NCBI GenBank assembly: GCA_965116875.1
Contig: OZ220733.1
Location: 416,001-480,000, forward strand
Direction: 5' to 3'
Source of the DNA: Candidatus Latescibacterota bacterium
GTDB lineage: Bacteria; Latescibacterota; UBA2968; GCA-2709665
Length of the DNA: 64,000 bases
How positions within the stretch are numbered: position 1 is the first letter of the stretch; the number at the start of each line of letters is the position of its first letter. Both the position numbers and the translations under genes were made by a program. A model generated the notes under the pieces. That model was not told where the DNA came from. It made no database searches and was given only the letters and a program-made list of their open reading frames with translations. Of the stretch, positions 17,558 to 26,991 are shown piece after piece.

Positions 17558-19945
17558 TTAACGGATCACGACAAACGTGCCGGTCTTGATCTTTCCGGCG
17601 CCAGCTGATGGTTCAATGCCATGCACGGCATAGAAATAGATTCCCGGACCCACGAGCGCCCGGATGGTGGAATACGGACGGCCGGTCCAACTGGTCTCGC
17701 TGGAAGAAATGCCCTTCTGGCGCAGGACCTGAATCAGCTGTCCGGCTGTGTTGAAGATATAAATGAACGAGTTGGACGGCACGTTCACGAACCGGATCTT
17801 CACGCCGCCGCCGTACTCGTTGGTGCCGTTGGCCATGTAGGGATTCGGCACCACCACGATATCGCGTTCCAGCGCGTCCGCGGCCGCCACGAACGGCAGC
17901 ACGGGCGACCCGCGGTTGACCTGGAGGAAGTTGGAGAACGGCCCCTCCTGCCCGTTCTGGAGGAACTTCTGCGCCCTGGGCGGGAGGTCCGCAAAGGTCA
18001 TGGTTCCGTCATTGTTCATCCAGTCGTCATGCGGTTGCTGGTAGGCCCGAATGCTGTAGTAATAGAAGAATCCGGCATTGGAGCTCGCATCGGACCAGCC
18101 GTACATCCCGGGACGGTCGGCGCGCCGGCCGTCGCTGGCCTGGTTCGCCAGCCCAACCGCCGTGCTTTCATTGCCCTCCGCGGCGGCCACGGGCCAGTCG
18201 GCGCCCGCATCGTACGTGACACCCGCCGGCAACGGCCCGCCGACGGGAATGTCACCGACGAGCGAGAACGGGCCGGTGGCCGTGAGCGTTCCACGCAGCC
18301 CGCGGTAGATGCGGAAGCCGGCCACGTCGGCCGAGCCGTAGTCCGGATGAACCGCGCCCTGGGCCTCCGCGGCCCAGAACAGTTTCACCTTCGCGTTCTC
18401 GTCGCTCTTCACGTAGACGTCGACGTCGGGTGGGCCATCCGGAATGTCAAAGCCGCTCTGATAGGCGAACAGCGCGTGCTCCAGGTGTTCTACGATCGCC
18501 TGCTCTCCCTGCAGATAGCTGGCCTTATCGGCCGTGAGGGACCACTGCCAGATGTCTATAGGGCTTTTGCCGGGGCCCGCATACTCCGCGCCGGAGCCGG
18601 CAACGTACGCCACCACGACCTTGGCCTTGTCGCCCGGGCCGAGCGCCCATGGACCGTACACCTGCGCGTTCGTGAAGCCGCCAACCTCGGTGGGGTTGTC
18701 CTGTGCGGACGTCGCGGTCAGCTTCGCGAACGCCTCCGCAGGGGTCTCGCCTTCAAGGACAGGCTCGTCGTAGTCGGACGTCGTACGCACGTTCCACCAG
18801 CCCTGGTAGACCGGCTGGTCTTCCGCGGGCTGCACGTACTGACCCGCATCGTGCATATTGAACGCGTGCCTGGGATCGGCCGGGCTGTCCGCGAACGCGA
18901 CGGGCGCCATGCCCACGAACGAGTGGGAGGCCAGCTTGCCGTCCGGGAAGGCCATTTCCTTCAGGTCGGAAGTCTCGATGTCCTTGATCCACGGGTCGCC
19001 CGTATCCTCCCAGGCCTTGAACGGGCTGTCTCCGTCGAACTGATAGCTCAGCTTGAGTCCCTGCGCCCTGGCCGCACTGATCGACACAGGCCCGCCGGGG
19101 CCGCCGTCCACGTAGTTTCCAGCCTCCGTGTACCGGAAGTGATCGTCGAGACCGTCGTCCAGCCACCGCCACCACCGGCCGCCGCCGCGGTTGTTATCGG
19201 CCGTTTCGTTGATCTTCCACGTGGCCACCAGCGGCAGGTACACTTCATTGTGCCGGTCGCTACCGGTGTTTTCCAGGGTAAATTCCGCGATGACGAAATC
19301 GTCGAACATCTGGTGGGACCAGTTGTGGACCTTCCGCGTGATTGTGATGTCGAACTTGTTCGTCCACTTGGCGACCAGAATCTCTTCCGCAAACGCGTCG
19401 TCCGGCGTGTATTCTCCGGGCGAGAAGTTCCAGATCAATCTTGGCGGCGCGCTGACGTCGTTTTCATCGGGCACGTTCGCGCCTGGCCAGTAGTTGCTGG
19501 ACGACGTAAACGTCGCGGAACGACCCTGCTCCCACTCCGTGGCCGCGCCCAGGTGCGCCTCGGGCCCGCTGGACGGGTCGTAGACCAGCGGTGTGATGTC
19601 GGGGCTCTTGCCCCTGGGGCCGGTCCAGGCCGCATCCACGCCGCCGGGCCCCACGACCATGATCCACGTGCCGAAACCAACCGCGTTACCGCCCCGGCGC
19701 GTATAATTGGAGCTGGCGTTGCTACTGGGGATGTTCGCCCAGCCGGGATACCAGAACATATCCGGCTCTCCCGTCTGCCCGCTTCCCAGGTTCCAGCCGC
19801 CCATGGTACCGTCCGAGTTCCAGCTGATCTGGAGGTGACCTCGGCTGGTGGAAAGCCTCGGGGTGTCGCTCTGGTCTACCGCCCAGGCGCCCACCGGCAG
19901 GAGCAAGCCGCACACAAGCGCCACAAGCTTGATGCCTGGTTTCAT
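17558..19945 (-). CDS. Large secreted protein with T9SS-like C-terminal sorting domain
   Basis: Signal peptide; FN3-like GFRIYR..YYYSIRAY; C-terminus IVVVPNPY..IRFVNVP..IYIFNTAGQLIQVL..W.G..GIYFYAV..KTGTFVVIR. Confidence 0.75.
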   Translation of the reverse strand: MKPGIKLVALVCGLLLPVGAWAVDQSDTPRLSTSRGHLQISWNSDGTMGGWNLGSGQTGEPDMFWYPGWANIPSSNASSNYTRRGGNAVGFGTWIMVVGPGGVDAAWTGPRGKSPDITPLVYDPSSGPEAHLGAATEWEQGRSATFTSSSNYWPGANVPDENDVSAPPRLIWNFSPGEYTPDDAFAEEILVAKWTNKFDITITRKVHNWSHQMFDDFVIAEFTLENTGSDRHNEVYLPLVATWKINETADNNRGGGRWWRWLDDGLDDHFRYTEAGNYVDGGPGGPVSISAARAQGLKLSYQFDGDSPFKAWEDTGDPWIKDIETSDLKEMAFPDGKLASHSFVGMAPVAFADSPADPRHAFNMHDAGQYVQPAEDQPVYQGWWNVRTTSDYDEPVLEGETPAEAFAKLTATSAQDNPTEVGGFTNAQVYGPWALGPGDKAKVVVAYVAGSGAEYAGPGKSPIDIWQWSLTADKASYLQGEQAIVEHLEHALFAYQSGFDIPDGPPDVDVYVKSDENAKVKLFWAAEAQGAVHPDYGSADVAGFRIYRGLRGTLTATGPFSLVGDIPVGGPLPAGVTYDAGADWPVAAAEGNESTAVGLANQASDGRRADRPGMYGWSDASSNAGFFYYYSIRAYQQPHDDWMNNDGTMTFADLPPRAQKFLQNGQEGPFSNFLQVNRGSPVLPFVAAADALERDIVVVPNPYMANGTNEYGGGVKIRFVNVPSNSFIYIFNTAGQLIQVLRQKGISSSETSWTGRPYSTIRALVGPGIYFYAVHGIEPSAGAGKIKTGTFVVIR

Positions 19946-19968
19946 ACTTGCTTCTCCCTTTCGATTAA

Positions 19969-19994
19969 CGGGGGACGGGCAAACCCGCCCCCCG
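19969..19994 (-). terminator. GC-rich intercistronic hairpin between TBDR and cargo gene (weak terminator or mRNA stabiliser)
   Basis: GGGGGGCGGG-TTTG-CCCGTCCCCC without a clear U-tract. Confidence 0.5.
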
Positions 19995-20009
19995 GTTACG
20001 TTAACTCAA

Positions 20010-23000
20010 TTAGAAGTTGACTTTCAGACCCAAGCCCACCTCGCGCGGCTTGCCGTAGTACCGGGTCAACTCGTTGTAGTCCCCGTACGTGAGGTAGTCC
20101 TGGTCGTTCGGCCTGGGGACGTTCAGGCCCCAGCGGACGTAGTCGGGATAGGATCCGCCGACGGGGCTGTCCTGCTGGTTGAACAGATTGAAGATCTCCA
20201 CGTAGAACACGGCGTTCCGCTGCCCGCTCTCCACAAGGGTCTTCTCGACCTGCAGGTCGGTCCAGGTTCGGATGGGCCTGTGGCGAAGTTCCGGCTGCTT
20301 CCCGGGCGGCGTGTACCATTGGGGTCTGCCGCTCTGAATGCGCCAGACCATATTCGCGCGCAGTCCGCCCACCGCGTGGAACTGACGCAGCCCGGGACCG
20401 AAGTCCATGGGCGTATCCAGGTACAGCGAGAGGCTGGACTGGACACGAAGGTCAGACCCTTTCGGGTTGAACAGCCGGCCGCCGCCGTACGTGGGCTGCC
20501 AGACACCGTTCATATTGGCCGGCGCGTCGTAGGCCTTCTGGATGTCCATGAACTCGAAAATCACGAACTGATACCTGTCCGTGATGGCTCTGGACCTGCT
20601 CCGCCACCAGCTGGCGACCCTCGTGGCAAGCTTCATCCGTTCTTCCAGAGAGAAATCCTTGCGCACGTATGCAGACCCGTTCCATTCCCAATCGTGATAC
20701 TGATCGGGGTTCATTACGTACGAGGAATCCGGGTAGAACATGGTGGCGTTGGAGCCCACGCGCGCCGTAGACGCCCAGCCGAAGTTGATGGCCGCGTTGA
20801 ACGAGAAATAGTGGCTGAAGCCCTTGCGCACGTGCAACTCGAGGCCTCTCATGTCCTGGTAAGAACTGGGCTTGCGGCCCCAGACCCAGGTTGTGCGCTG
20901 CGGCTCGTACCAGTACCGGCTTCCTGAGGAAATCTTGCCGATGGCGCTCTTGTAATAGGCCGCTATACCCGCCGTATAGTCTGCGACAAAGTTCCAGTCG
21001 GCGCCCGCCTCGTAAGCCCGGGTTCGGGTAAGGGCAACGTAGGGGTTCGCCATCCGGACCTGCCCGTGCAGACCCCGGAACGAGTCCCACGCCACGTGGG
21101 CATCGGGGCCGTTCGCCCGCCACTGCTCGCGGAAGTACTCGAACAGGTCGGGCACCTTGGCGTAGAGACCGGCCGTGAAGTGGAAGGCCGACCGCTGCGT
21201 GATGGGATGGGAGATCCCGAATCGCGGGCTGAACTGGGTCGCCCACTGCGGGTCGACCGTGACCATATCCACGTGCTTGATGAGCCAGCGGTTCTGCGGC
21301 GTCTGAAGCTGCGAGACGTTGTAGAACCGGTGGTTGGTGTAGAGCGCGTCGAACCGGATGCCCGCGTTCATCACCATCCCCTCGAACTCCATCTTGTCCT
21401 GCAGATAGAATCCGATCTGAATGGGATTGATGGGCGCTTTCACGTCGGGCAGATTACCCGAGTGGGTGATAAAGTCCACAATCCGCTGGCTTGGGTTCGG
21501 CGCATTGTAGTTCAGGTAATAGATGCTGAACCGGGTGAGATCCATTCCGCCCTTGACGAAGTGTCCCTTGGTGACCTGGGACGACACGTCCAGCTTCAGA
21601 TTCAGCCGGCTCCGGTCCGCAATGGTGTAGTTCGCGACGTTGGCGGGCCTTACGTTGAACCAGCCGTCGAGATCCTTCTCGCCGAATACCGTTGTGGGGA
21701 ACCCGAACTGGTCTCTCGGCCACTTCGTATCCTGGGTATCTTCCAGCGTTGTGTAGAACGACACCCTGGCTTCGTAGAACGTCTTGGGTGAAACCGTGTG
21801 CGTCAGCGACGCGTAGGTGACCCGGTCGGTCACGACCCGTCCGCCGGCGCCGGACCCCTCCGGCAGAAAGATGTTCTGACCGTTGGACGCCCTGTCGCGC
21901 TGGGTGTTCGTTCCCCTGTTGTAATATTCAGCCGTGGAATAGATCTGGCCGATGCTCACCTTCGCGTCGGCGCCTGGCCGGAACGTCAGCTTGGCGTTGC
22001 CGCGGAAATCCAGCGGCGTGGACAGCGTGGGAAAGCCGCCGGACATAACGCTGGTCAGGCTGGTGGCGCCAAGGCTCGGGTCGAAGGTGGCATTGCGAAC
22101 GGACGTGTTCAACACGTCGGTGGGCTGCCGGGTCCACCTCGCGCTTGCGAAGAAACTGGCCTGGTCGCCCATCGGCCCCGAAATGCCGCCTTCAATATAA
22201 TACCCCTTGATGTCGGTGTATTCTATGGCCCTGTGCGCAAGGCCCACCTCGTCGTCGGGCGTGCCCGGAACGCCATCCTCGCCGTCGCTCAGAATCACCG
22301 TTTCCGCGCGCCACTCACGGTCGTCCCACTTGAGCCTGTCGCGGTGATACGCGCTCTCGTAGAGATTTGCGCCCCAGTGCTTCTGGCTTGGGGGCGTATA
22401 GCGGAGATCGCCCCAGCCGCGGAAGTCCCGTCCGCCGTCTTTCGTGATGATGGAGACCGCGCCGGATTCCAGGTTGCCGTATTCCGCGCTCGCGCCGCCT
22501 GAAATCACCGTGATTTCCTGAACGGCGGTTTTGGAGGGTCCGGTGAACTGCCTGCCGTAGCCGTCGTTGTTCGGCAGAACCACGCCGTCCACCATCAGGA
22601 TGCCGTCTTTCGAGTCTCCGCCACGGATGACGTTGGCATTGTTGAGCTGCACACCCGGATTCAATGTAACCAGGTCGGTGACCGAGCGGGCCATAGGCAG
22701 CGATTCCAGCTGCTCGGCGCTCATCACGTAGTGACTGGTGGTCTTGTCAGGCTCCACCGGCGGCCGCTCCGCCGTGACCACGAGTTCTTCGGCTTCGAGC
22801 GCCGTCTCCTTCAACTGGAAATCGACGGTCGTGGTAAAGTCGGCCTGGATCCGCACGTCCGTCTTGGTAACGGCGTTGTAGCCGACCATGGATGCCACCA
22901 GCGTAATGTTGCCCGGGTCGACGGAAATGACAAGATAGTATCCGTCCGCGTCCGACTGGGCGCCCCTGCGGGTGCCTTCGATCACGACGTTTACACCCGG

Positions 23001-23135
23001 CAGCGGTTCGCCGGACGCCGCATCCATGATGCGCCCGGTCAGTTTACCGGTCTGGCCCGCAAACGCGTCCTGTGTGAAGCCAATCAGCACGAAGAGCGCG
23101 ACCGGCAAAGCCACAAACAACTTCCATCTGTTCAT
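20010..23135 (-). CDS. TonB-dependent receptor with N-terminal carboxypeptidase-regulatory-like domain
   Basis: GKLTGRIMDAASGEPLPGVNV, plug IRGG..ILMVDG..GGASAEYGN..SGAVSIITK, FSPRFGISHPI, NLFN, C-terminal PREVGLGLKVNF. Confidence 0.9.
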   Translation of the reverse strand: MNRWKLFVALPVALFVLIGFTQDAFAGQTGKLTGRIMDAASGEPLPGVNVVIEGTRRGAQSDADGYYLVISVDPGNITLVASMVGYNAVTKTDVRIQADFTTTVDFQLKETALEAEELVVTAERPPVEPDKTTSHYVMSAEQLESLPMARSVTDLVTLNPGVQLNNANVIRGGDSKDGILMVDGVVLPNNDGYGRQFTGPSKTAVQEITVISGGASAEYGNLESGAVSIITKDGGRDFRGWGDLRYTPPSQKHWGANLYESAYHRDRLKWDDREWRAETVILSDGEDGVPGTPDDEVGLAHRAIEYTDIKGYYIEGGISGPMGDQASFFASARWTRQPTDVLNTSVRNATFDPSLGATSLTSVMSGGFPTLSTPLDFRGNAKLTFRPGADAKVSIGQIYSTAEYYNRGTNTQRDRASNGQNIFLPEGSGAGGRVVTDRVTYASLTHTVSPKTFYEARVSFYTTLEDTQDTKWPRDQFGFPTTVFGEKDLDGWFNVRPANVANYTIADRSRLNLKLDVSSQVTKGHFVKGGMDLTRFSIYYLNYNAPNPSQRIVDFITHSGNLPDVKAPINPIQIGFYLQDKMEFEGMVMNAGIRFDALYTNHRFYNVSQLQTPQNRWLIKHVDMVTVDPQWATQFSPRFGISHPITQRSAFHFTAGLYAKVPDLFEYFREQWRANGPDAHVAWDSFRGLHGQVRMANPYVALTRTRAYEAGADWNFVADYTAGIAAYYKSAIGKISSGSRYWYEPQRTTWVWGRKPSSYQDMRGLELHVRKGFSHYFSFNAAINFGWASTARVGSNATMFYPDSSYVMNPDQYHDWEWNGSAYVRKDFSLEERMKLATRVASWWRSRSRAITDRYQFVIFEFMDIQKAYDAPANMNGVWQPTYGGGRLFNPKGSDLRVQSSLSLYLDTPMDFGPGLRQFHAVGGLRANMVWRIQSGRPQWYTPPGKQPELRHRPIRTWTDLQVEKTLVESGQRNAVFYVEIFNLFNQQDSPVGGSYPDYVRWGLNVPRPNDQDYLTYGDYNELTRYYGKPREVGLGLKVNF

Positions 23136-23165
23136 CTGAATACCTCCTTCGAAAGGACTCCGCGG

Positions 23166-23864
23166 CTATTTCCCGCTGAAGTAGAATTTAACCCCGGCTC
23201 CGAAGTCCAGCATCTGCAGGGGGAAGGTTTCGGAAATTTCCCAGTCTTCCAGGCCCCGAAGGTCCCCGATCATCATGTTGTACCGCGCACGAAGGTCCAC
23301 GGCCACGTTGTCGACGACAAAGGCTTCGACACCCAGCCCCGCGTTAATCCCCAGCGCGAACCGCTCGTCGGAGAACGGTTCCAGCTCAAGAACCAGGTCG
23401 CCTGTCTGACCGGGCCAGAGCAACCCGCTGACGTCGTTCCTGTACCGGTAGAAGCCGCCGCCCACCGCGACGTACGGGGCGAAACTGCTGGCAGAGAACG
23501 GCTGTCCGATCTGCCGCAGCCTGACGAGGGCGTTTACCAGCAGACTGTTCAGGCTCATATTGCTGGACGCGTTCGGGCTGGTGTAGTCGTTGCCGTCGGT
23601 CCAGGTGAACGTACGAGTCAGCAGGCTCCCGTCGGTGAAGTTGCCGCTGTGAAACTCAAGCTCCACGGTTACGTTCGACGCGGGCACGTAGGCCGCGTTC
23701 AGCCCGAACTTGGAATCGTTGTCGTACCACTCGCCCAGACCGAAGACCGGCACGTTGTAATTCGCAAACACGCCGACTCCCCAACTGCCTTCCTGGGCAA
23801 CAGCAGGCCACGCTGATATCGAGAATACGAGAATCAACAGGCCAACAACCCTGAACACCTTCAT
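23166..23864 (-). CDS. Small outer-membrane beta-barrel protein (OmpA-TM/OmpW-like)
   Basis: Signal peptide, PYVAVGGGFY, GINAGLGVE, C-terminal GVKFYF; AAGGAGG RBS. Confidence 0.75.
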   Translation of the reverse strand: MKVFRVVGLLILVFSISAWPAVAQEGSWGVGVFANYNVPVFGLGEWYDNDSKFGLNAAYVPASNVTVELEFHSGNFTDGSLLTRTFTWTDGNDYTSPNASSNMSLNSLLVNALVRLRQIGQPFSASSFAPYVAVGGGFYRYRNDVSGLLWPGQTGDLVLELEPFSDERFALGINAGLGVEAFVVDNVAVDLRARYNMMIGDLRGLEDWEISETFPLQMLDFGAGVKFYFSGK

Positions 23865-24006
23865 AAACACCTCCTTCTTGGGAATGATGACTTATCCCCT
23901 CCTCACTGCCTTACATCTGCAAACTGCCCCGAAACAGAAATTACCCGGCTAAAAGAACCTGCAAAATCCCCGCAGTCTGCTGGATTCCTCACCCCCTCTC
24001 AAACAT

Positions 24007-24044
24007 AAAAAAAGGGCAATGCCGTCCGGATACCGGACGCGCCC
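24007..24044 (-). promoter_or_regulatory. Terminator-like hairpin inside the 5' leader of the OMP-TBDR operon (possible attenuator)
   Basis: GGGC-GC-GTCCGG-TAT-CCGGAC-GGCATT-GCCC-TTTTTTT, lying between the promoter and the first start codon. Confidence 0.5.
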
Positions 24045-24172
24045 CGTTAACGCACTCCTGCTTCCAACCTGTTGTATCTATAATAAAGGACTACGCGGTA
24101 GCAATTTAACATAAGCCCACCGGTGGATCGCTTCGATTTGTAATCAAGTGCACAACCGCAGGGTATCGACAG

Positions 24173-24201
24173 AAGATATATAAGGAATTCTCAAATGTCA
24201 A
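24173..24201 (-). promoter_or_regulatory. Sigma70 promoter for the OMP-TBDR-cargo-PorV operon
   Basis: TTGACA-N17-TATCTT. Confidence 0.65.
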
Positions 24202-24300
24202 TACTTTTGTTACCCGTTTTTTCATCCGAATTCGCGACAGTCGCGCCGCCACAATCGCCCGCGTCGCCGGGCGCGAAACGTCCGGCATCGGTCGCGGAAG

Positions 24301-25191
24301 TCAGACGGTCCGCCCGGGATTCGCGCCGAGCGCTTCGCACACGGTTTCGCCAATGTCCGCCGGGCTGCTGCAGACCCGAATACCCGCGGCTGCCAGGGCC
24401 GCCATCTTTTCTTCGGCCGTGCCCTTGCCGCCCGAAATAATGGCGCCGGCGTGGCCCATGCGCCTGCCCGGAGGCGCGGTCTGGCCGGCAATGAAGCCGA
24501 CCACGGGCTTCGGGAATGAAGTCCTCACGTAGTCCGCCGCCTGTTCTTCCGCCGAGCCGCCGATCTCGCCGATCATCACGACGCATTCGGTTTGGGGATC
24601 CTGTCCGAAGGCATCGAGACAATCTATAAAACTGGTTCCGATGACGGGGTCTCCCCCAATGCCCACGCACGTGGACTGGCCGAGACCCAGGGCCGTCAGT
24701 TGGGCGACGGCCTCGTACGTCAGCGTTCCGCTGCGGGAAATGACACCCACGTTGCCGCTCCTGTGTACATCGGCCGGCATAATGCCAATCTTGCATTTGC
24801 CAGGAGAGATGACCCCCGGACAGTTGGGTCCAATCAGCCGGGTGGAGCGCGAACCGAGGTAGTGTTTGACCTTTACCATATCCAGTACGGGGATGCCTTC
24901 GCTGATGCACACGACCAGGCGCACTCCGGCCTCCGCGGCTTCGATGATCGCGTCCGCGGAGAACGCCGCCGGGACGAAGACGATCGAAGCGTCCGCCCCC
25001 GTGGCGTCGACCGCATCGGAAACCGTATTGAAGACCGGTACCCCTTCGACCCGATGTCCGGCCCGGCCCGGCGTGACGCCCGCGACGATCCGGGTGCCGT
25101 AGTCCAACATCTGTCGCGTGTGGAAGGAACCTTCGTTGCCGGTAATCGCCTGCACTATAACTCGAGTGTCGTTGTCGATGAAGATGCTCAT
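24301..25191 (-). CDS. sucD: Succinate--CoA ligase subunit alpha
   Basis: [45 protein letters not shown] (phospho-His). Confidence 0.97.
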   Translation of the reverse strand: MSIFIDNDTRVIVQAITGNEGSFHTRQMLDYGTRIVAGVTPGRAGHRVEGVPVFNTVSDAVDATGADASIVFVPAAFSADAIIEAAEAGVRLVVCISEGIPVLDMVKVKHYLGSRSTRLIGPNCPGVISPGKCKIGIMPADVHRSGNVGVISRSGTLTYEAVAQLTALGLGQSTCVGIGGDPVIGTSFIDCLDAFGQDPQTECVVMIGEIGGSAEEQAADYVRTSFPKPVVGFIAGQTAPPGRRMGHAGAIISGGKGTAEEKMAALAAAGIRVCSSPADIGETVCEALGANPGRTV

Positions 25192-25253
25192 TGAGTATCC
25201 CTGTTAAAGACCATATCTGTCAGGTTTGTCGCTGTGTTTCCTGATTCGGGAAG

Positions 25254-25964
25254 ACGGGAGACGAGTAGAGGAGAGAGTGGAGAGAAGTGAGAAAAGAGAG
25301 AAGGCGAAAATCGAGGAGAGAGTGGAGAGAAGTGAGTAAAGAGAGAGACGAGGGCCTCTCGCTCCGCTTCGCTACCGAGATTCCCGATCTGCATTTCCCC
25401 ACTCCTCTTGCCTCACTCCTCGCCCGACTTGCCTCTCGCGTTTCCCGATCTGCCTTTTCTCACTCCTCACTCCTCTTACCTCACTCCTGGAGCGGCGGAA
25501 GGGGGCAACGGGAGATGCGTAGAGTAGAGAGTGGAGAGAAGTGAGTAAAGAGAGAGACGAGGACCTCTCGCTCCTCTTCCCTACCGCGATTCCCGATCTG
25601 CATTTCCTCACTCCTCTTGCCTCACTCCTCGCCCGACTTGCCTCTCGCGTTTCCCGGTCTGCTTTTTCTCACTCCTCACTCCTCTTACCTCACTCCTGGT
25701 ACGGCGGAAGGGGGCAACGGGAGATGCGTAGAGTAGAGAGTGGAGAGAAGTGAGAAAAGAGAGAAGGCGAAAATCGAGAAGAGAGCGGAGAGAAGTAAGA
25801 AAAGAGAGAGACGAGGGCCCCTCGCTCCTCTTCCCTACCGCGATTCCCGATCTGCATTTCCTCACTCCTCTTGCCTCACTCCTCGCCCGACTTGCCTCTC
25901 GCGTTTCCCGATCTGCTTTTTCTCACTCCTCACTCCTCTTACCTCACTCCTGGTACGGCGGAAG
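25254..25964. repeat. Tandem array of three ~209-254 bp purine-arm/pyrimidine-arm units
   Basis: Units start at about 25254, 25508 and 25717. Each has a GAGAGTGGAGAGAAGTGAG arm and a CTCACTCCTCACTCCTCTTACCTCACTCC arm; units 1 and 3 carry an extra ~45 bp internal duplication. Confidence 0.9.
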
Positions 25965-26646
25965 CGGGCTGCGGTCTGCATCGCTCTTCGATGGTGCCGT
26001 CGGCCTTGCCGATCACGATCTGGTGAGCCAGGCCCACGAAGAGGCCGGACTCAACGACGCCGCAGATCCCACCGATACGTCGTTCCAGATCCCCGGGCTC
26101 TTCGATGCCGCCGAAGGCGCAGTCCAGAATGTGGTTGCCATTGTCCGTGACGAACGTCCTGTTTTCGCGGATGCGCAGAGACGCCCGGCATCCGAGAGCC
26201 TCGAGTTTCAGTTGAACGTACTGCCAGCCGAAGGGGACCACTTCCACCGGCAGCGGAGACTCTCCGAGGCGGTCCTTGAGTTTGGTTTCGTCGGCAACGA
26301 TGATTTCCCGAAGGCTGGCCGCGGCCACGAGTTTTTCGCGAAACAGAGCGCCGCCGCCGCCCTTGATCAGGTTGAAGGCGGGATCGATCTCGTCGGCGCC
26401 GTCAATCGTCAGGTCTATCCGGGTGGCATCGGAGAAATCGATAAGGGGAATGCCTTCGCTCTCCGCCTGATTCCTGGACTGTTCAGACGTTGGGATTCCT
26501 CGAATCCTCAGGCCCTCCCGTACACGCTCGCCCAGCTTTCGAATCGCATAGAAAGCGGTCGATCCGGTCCCAAGGCCGACGATCATGCCGTCGTCCACCA
26601 GTTCGGCGGCCCGTTCACCCGCGGCTTTTTTCGGGTTGGCGGACAC
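25939..26646 (-). CDS. rpiA: Ribose-5-phosphate isomerase A
   Basis: GLGTGST, DGADEID, IKGGGGALFREK, TDNGN, GVVESGLF. Confidence 0.97.
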   Translation of the reverse strand: MSANPKKAAGERAAELVDDGMIVGLGTGSTAFYAIRKLGERVREGLRIRGIPTSEQSRNQAESEGIPLIDFSDATRIDLTIDGADEIDPAFNLIKGGGGALFREKLVAAASLREIIVADETKLKDRLGESPLPVEVVPFGWQYVQLKLEALGCRASLRIRENRTFVTDNGNHILDCAFGGIEEPGDLERRIGGICGVVESGLFVGLAHQIVIGKADGTIEERCRPQPASAVPGVR

Positions 26647-26991
26647 CTTGCCTCCTTCAATTCACCACACCTGTCCGAAAACGGGTCTGATTCAATACAA
26701 ATGACGGGAATTTGCGCGAATCCACCCCGGCCCGGATTTGTCTTTTCCGAATTATCCCGGATAGCAGCGGCTCCCGGGACAATTCCAGGCCTGATTCATT
26801 TCGCGGAGAATTTATACATGAACGACCCGTACTGCAATGATAAACGACCGTGACGCACGACCACCGAGGCCGTCGTCGTCGGCGTGAGGCCAAAAACAAT
26901 TGACAATCCCGCCCGTATCTATCATATATAATAAGATGGTCCTGTGAGCCACCATACGGATTGCGGACGACCTGTGAACGAGGGAGGATAC

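Noticed and set aside
17621-20020. 799-aa plus-strand ORF
   Set aside because: Antisense shadow of the high-GC3 cargo gene; no motifs and Arg/Val/Gly-rich composition.
25254-25964. Possible CRISPR array or repeat-encoded small proteins
   Set aside because: Units are over 200 bp with no unique spacers and no cas genes; the ORFs are low-complexity translations of the repeat.
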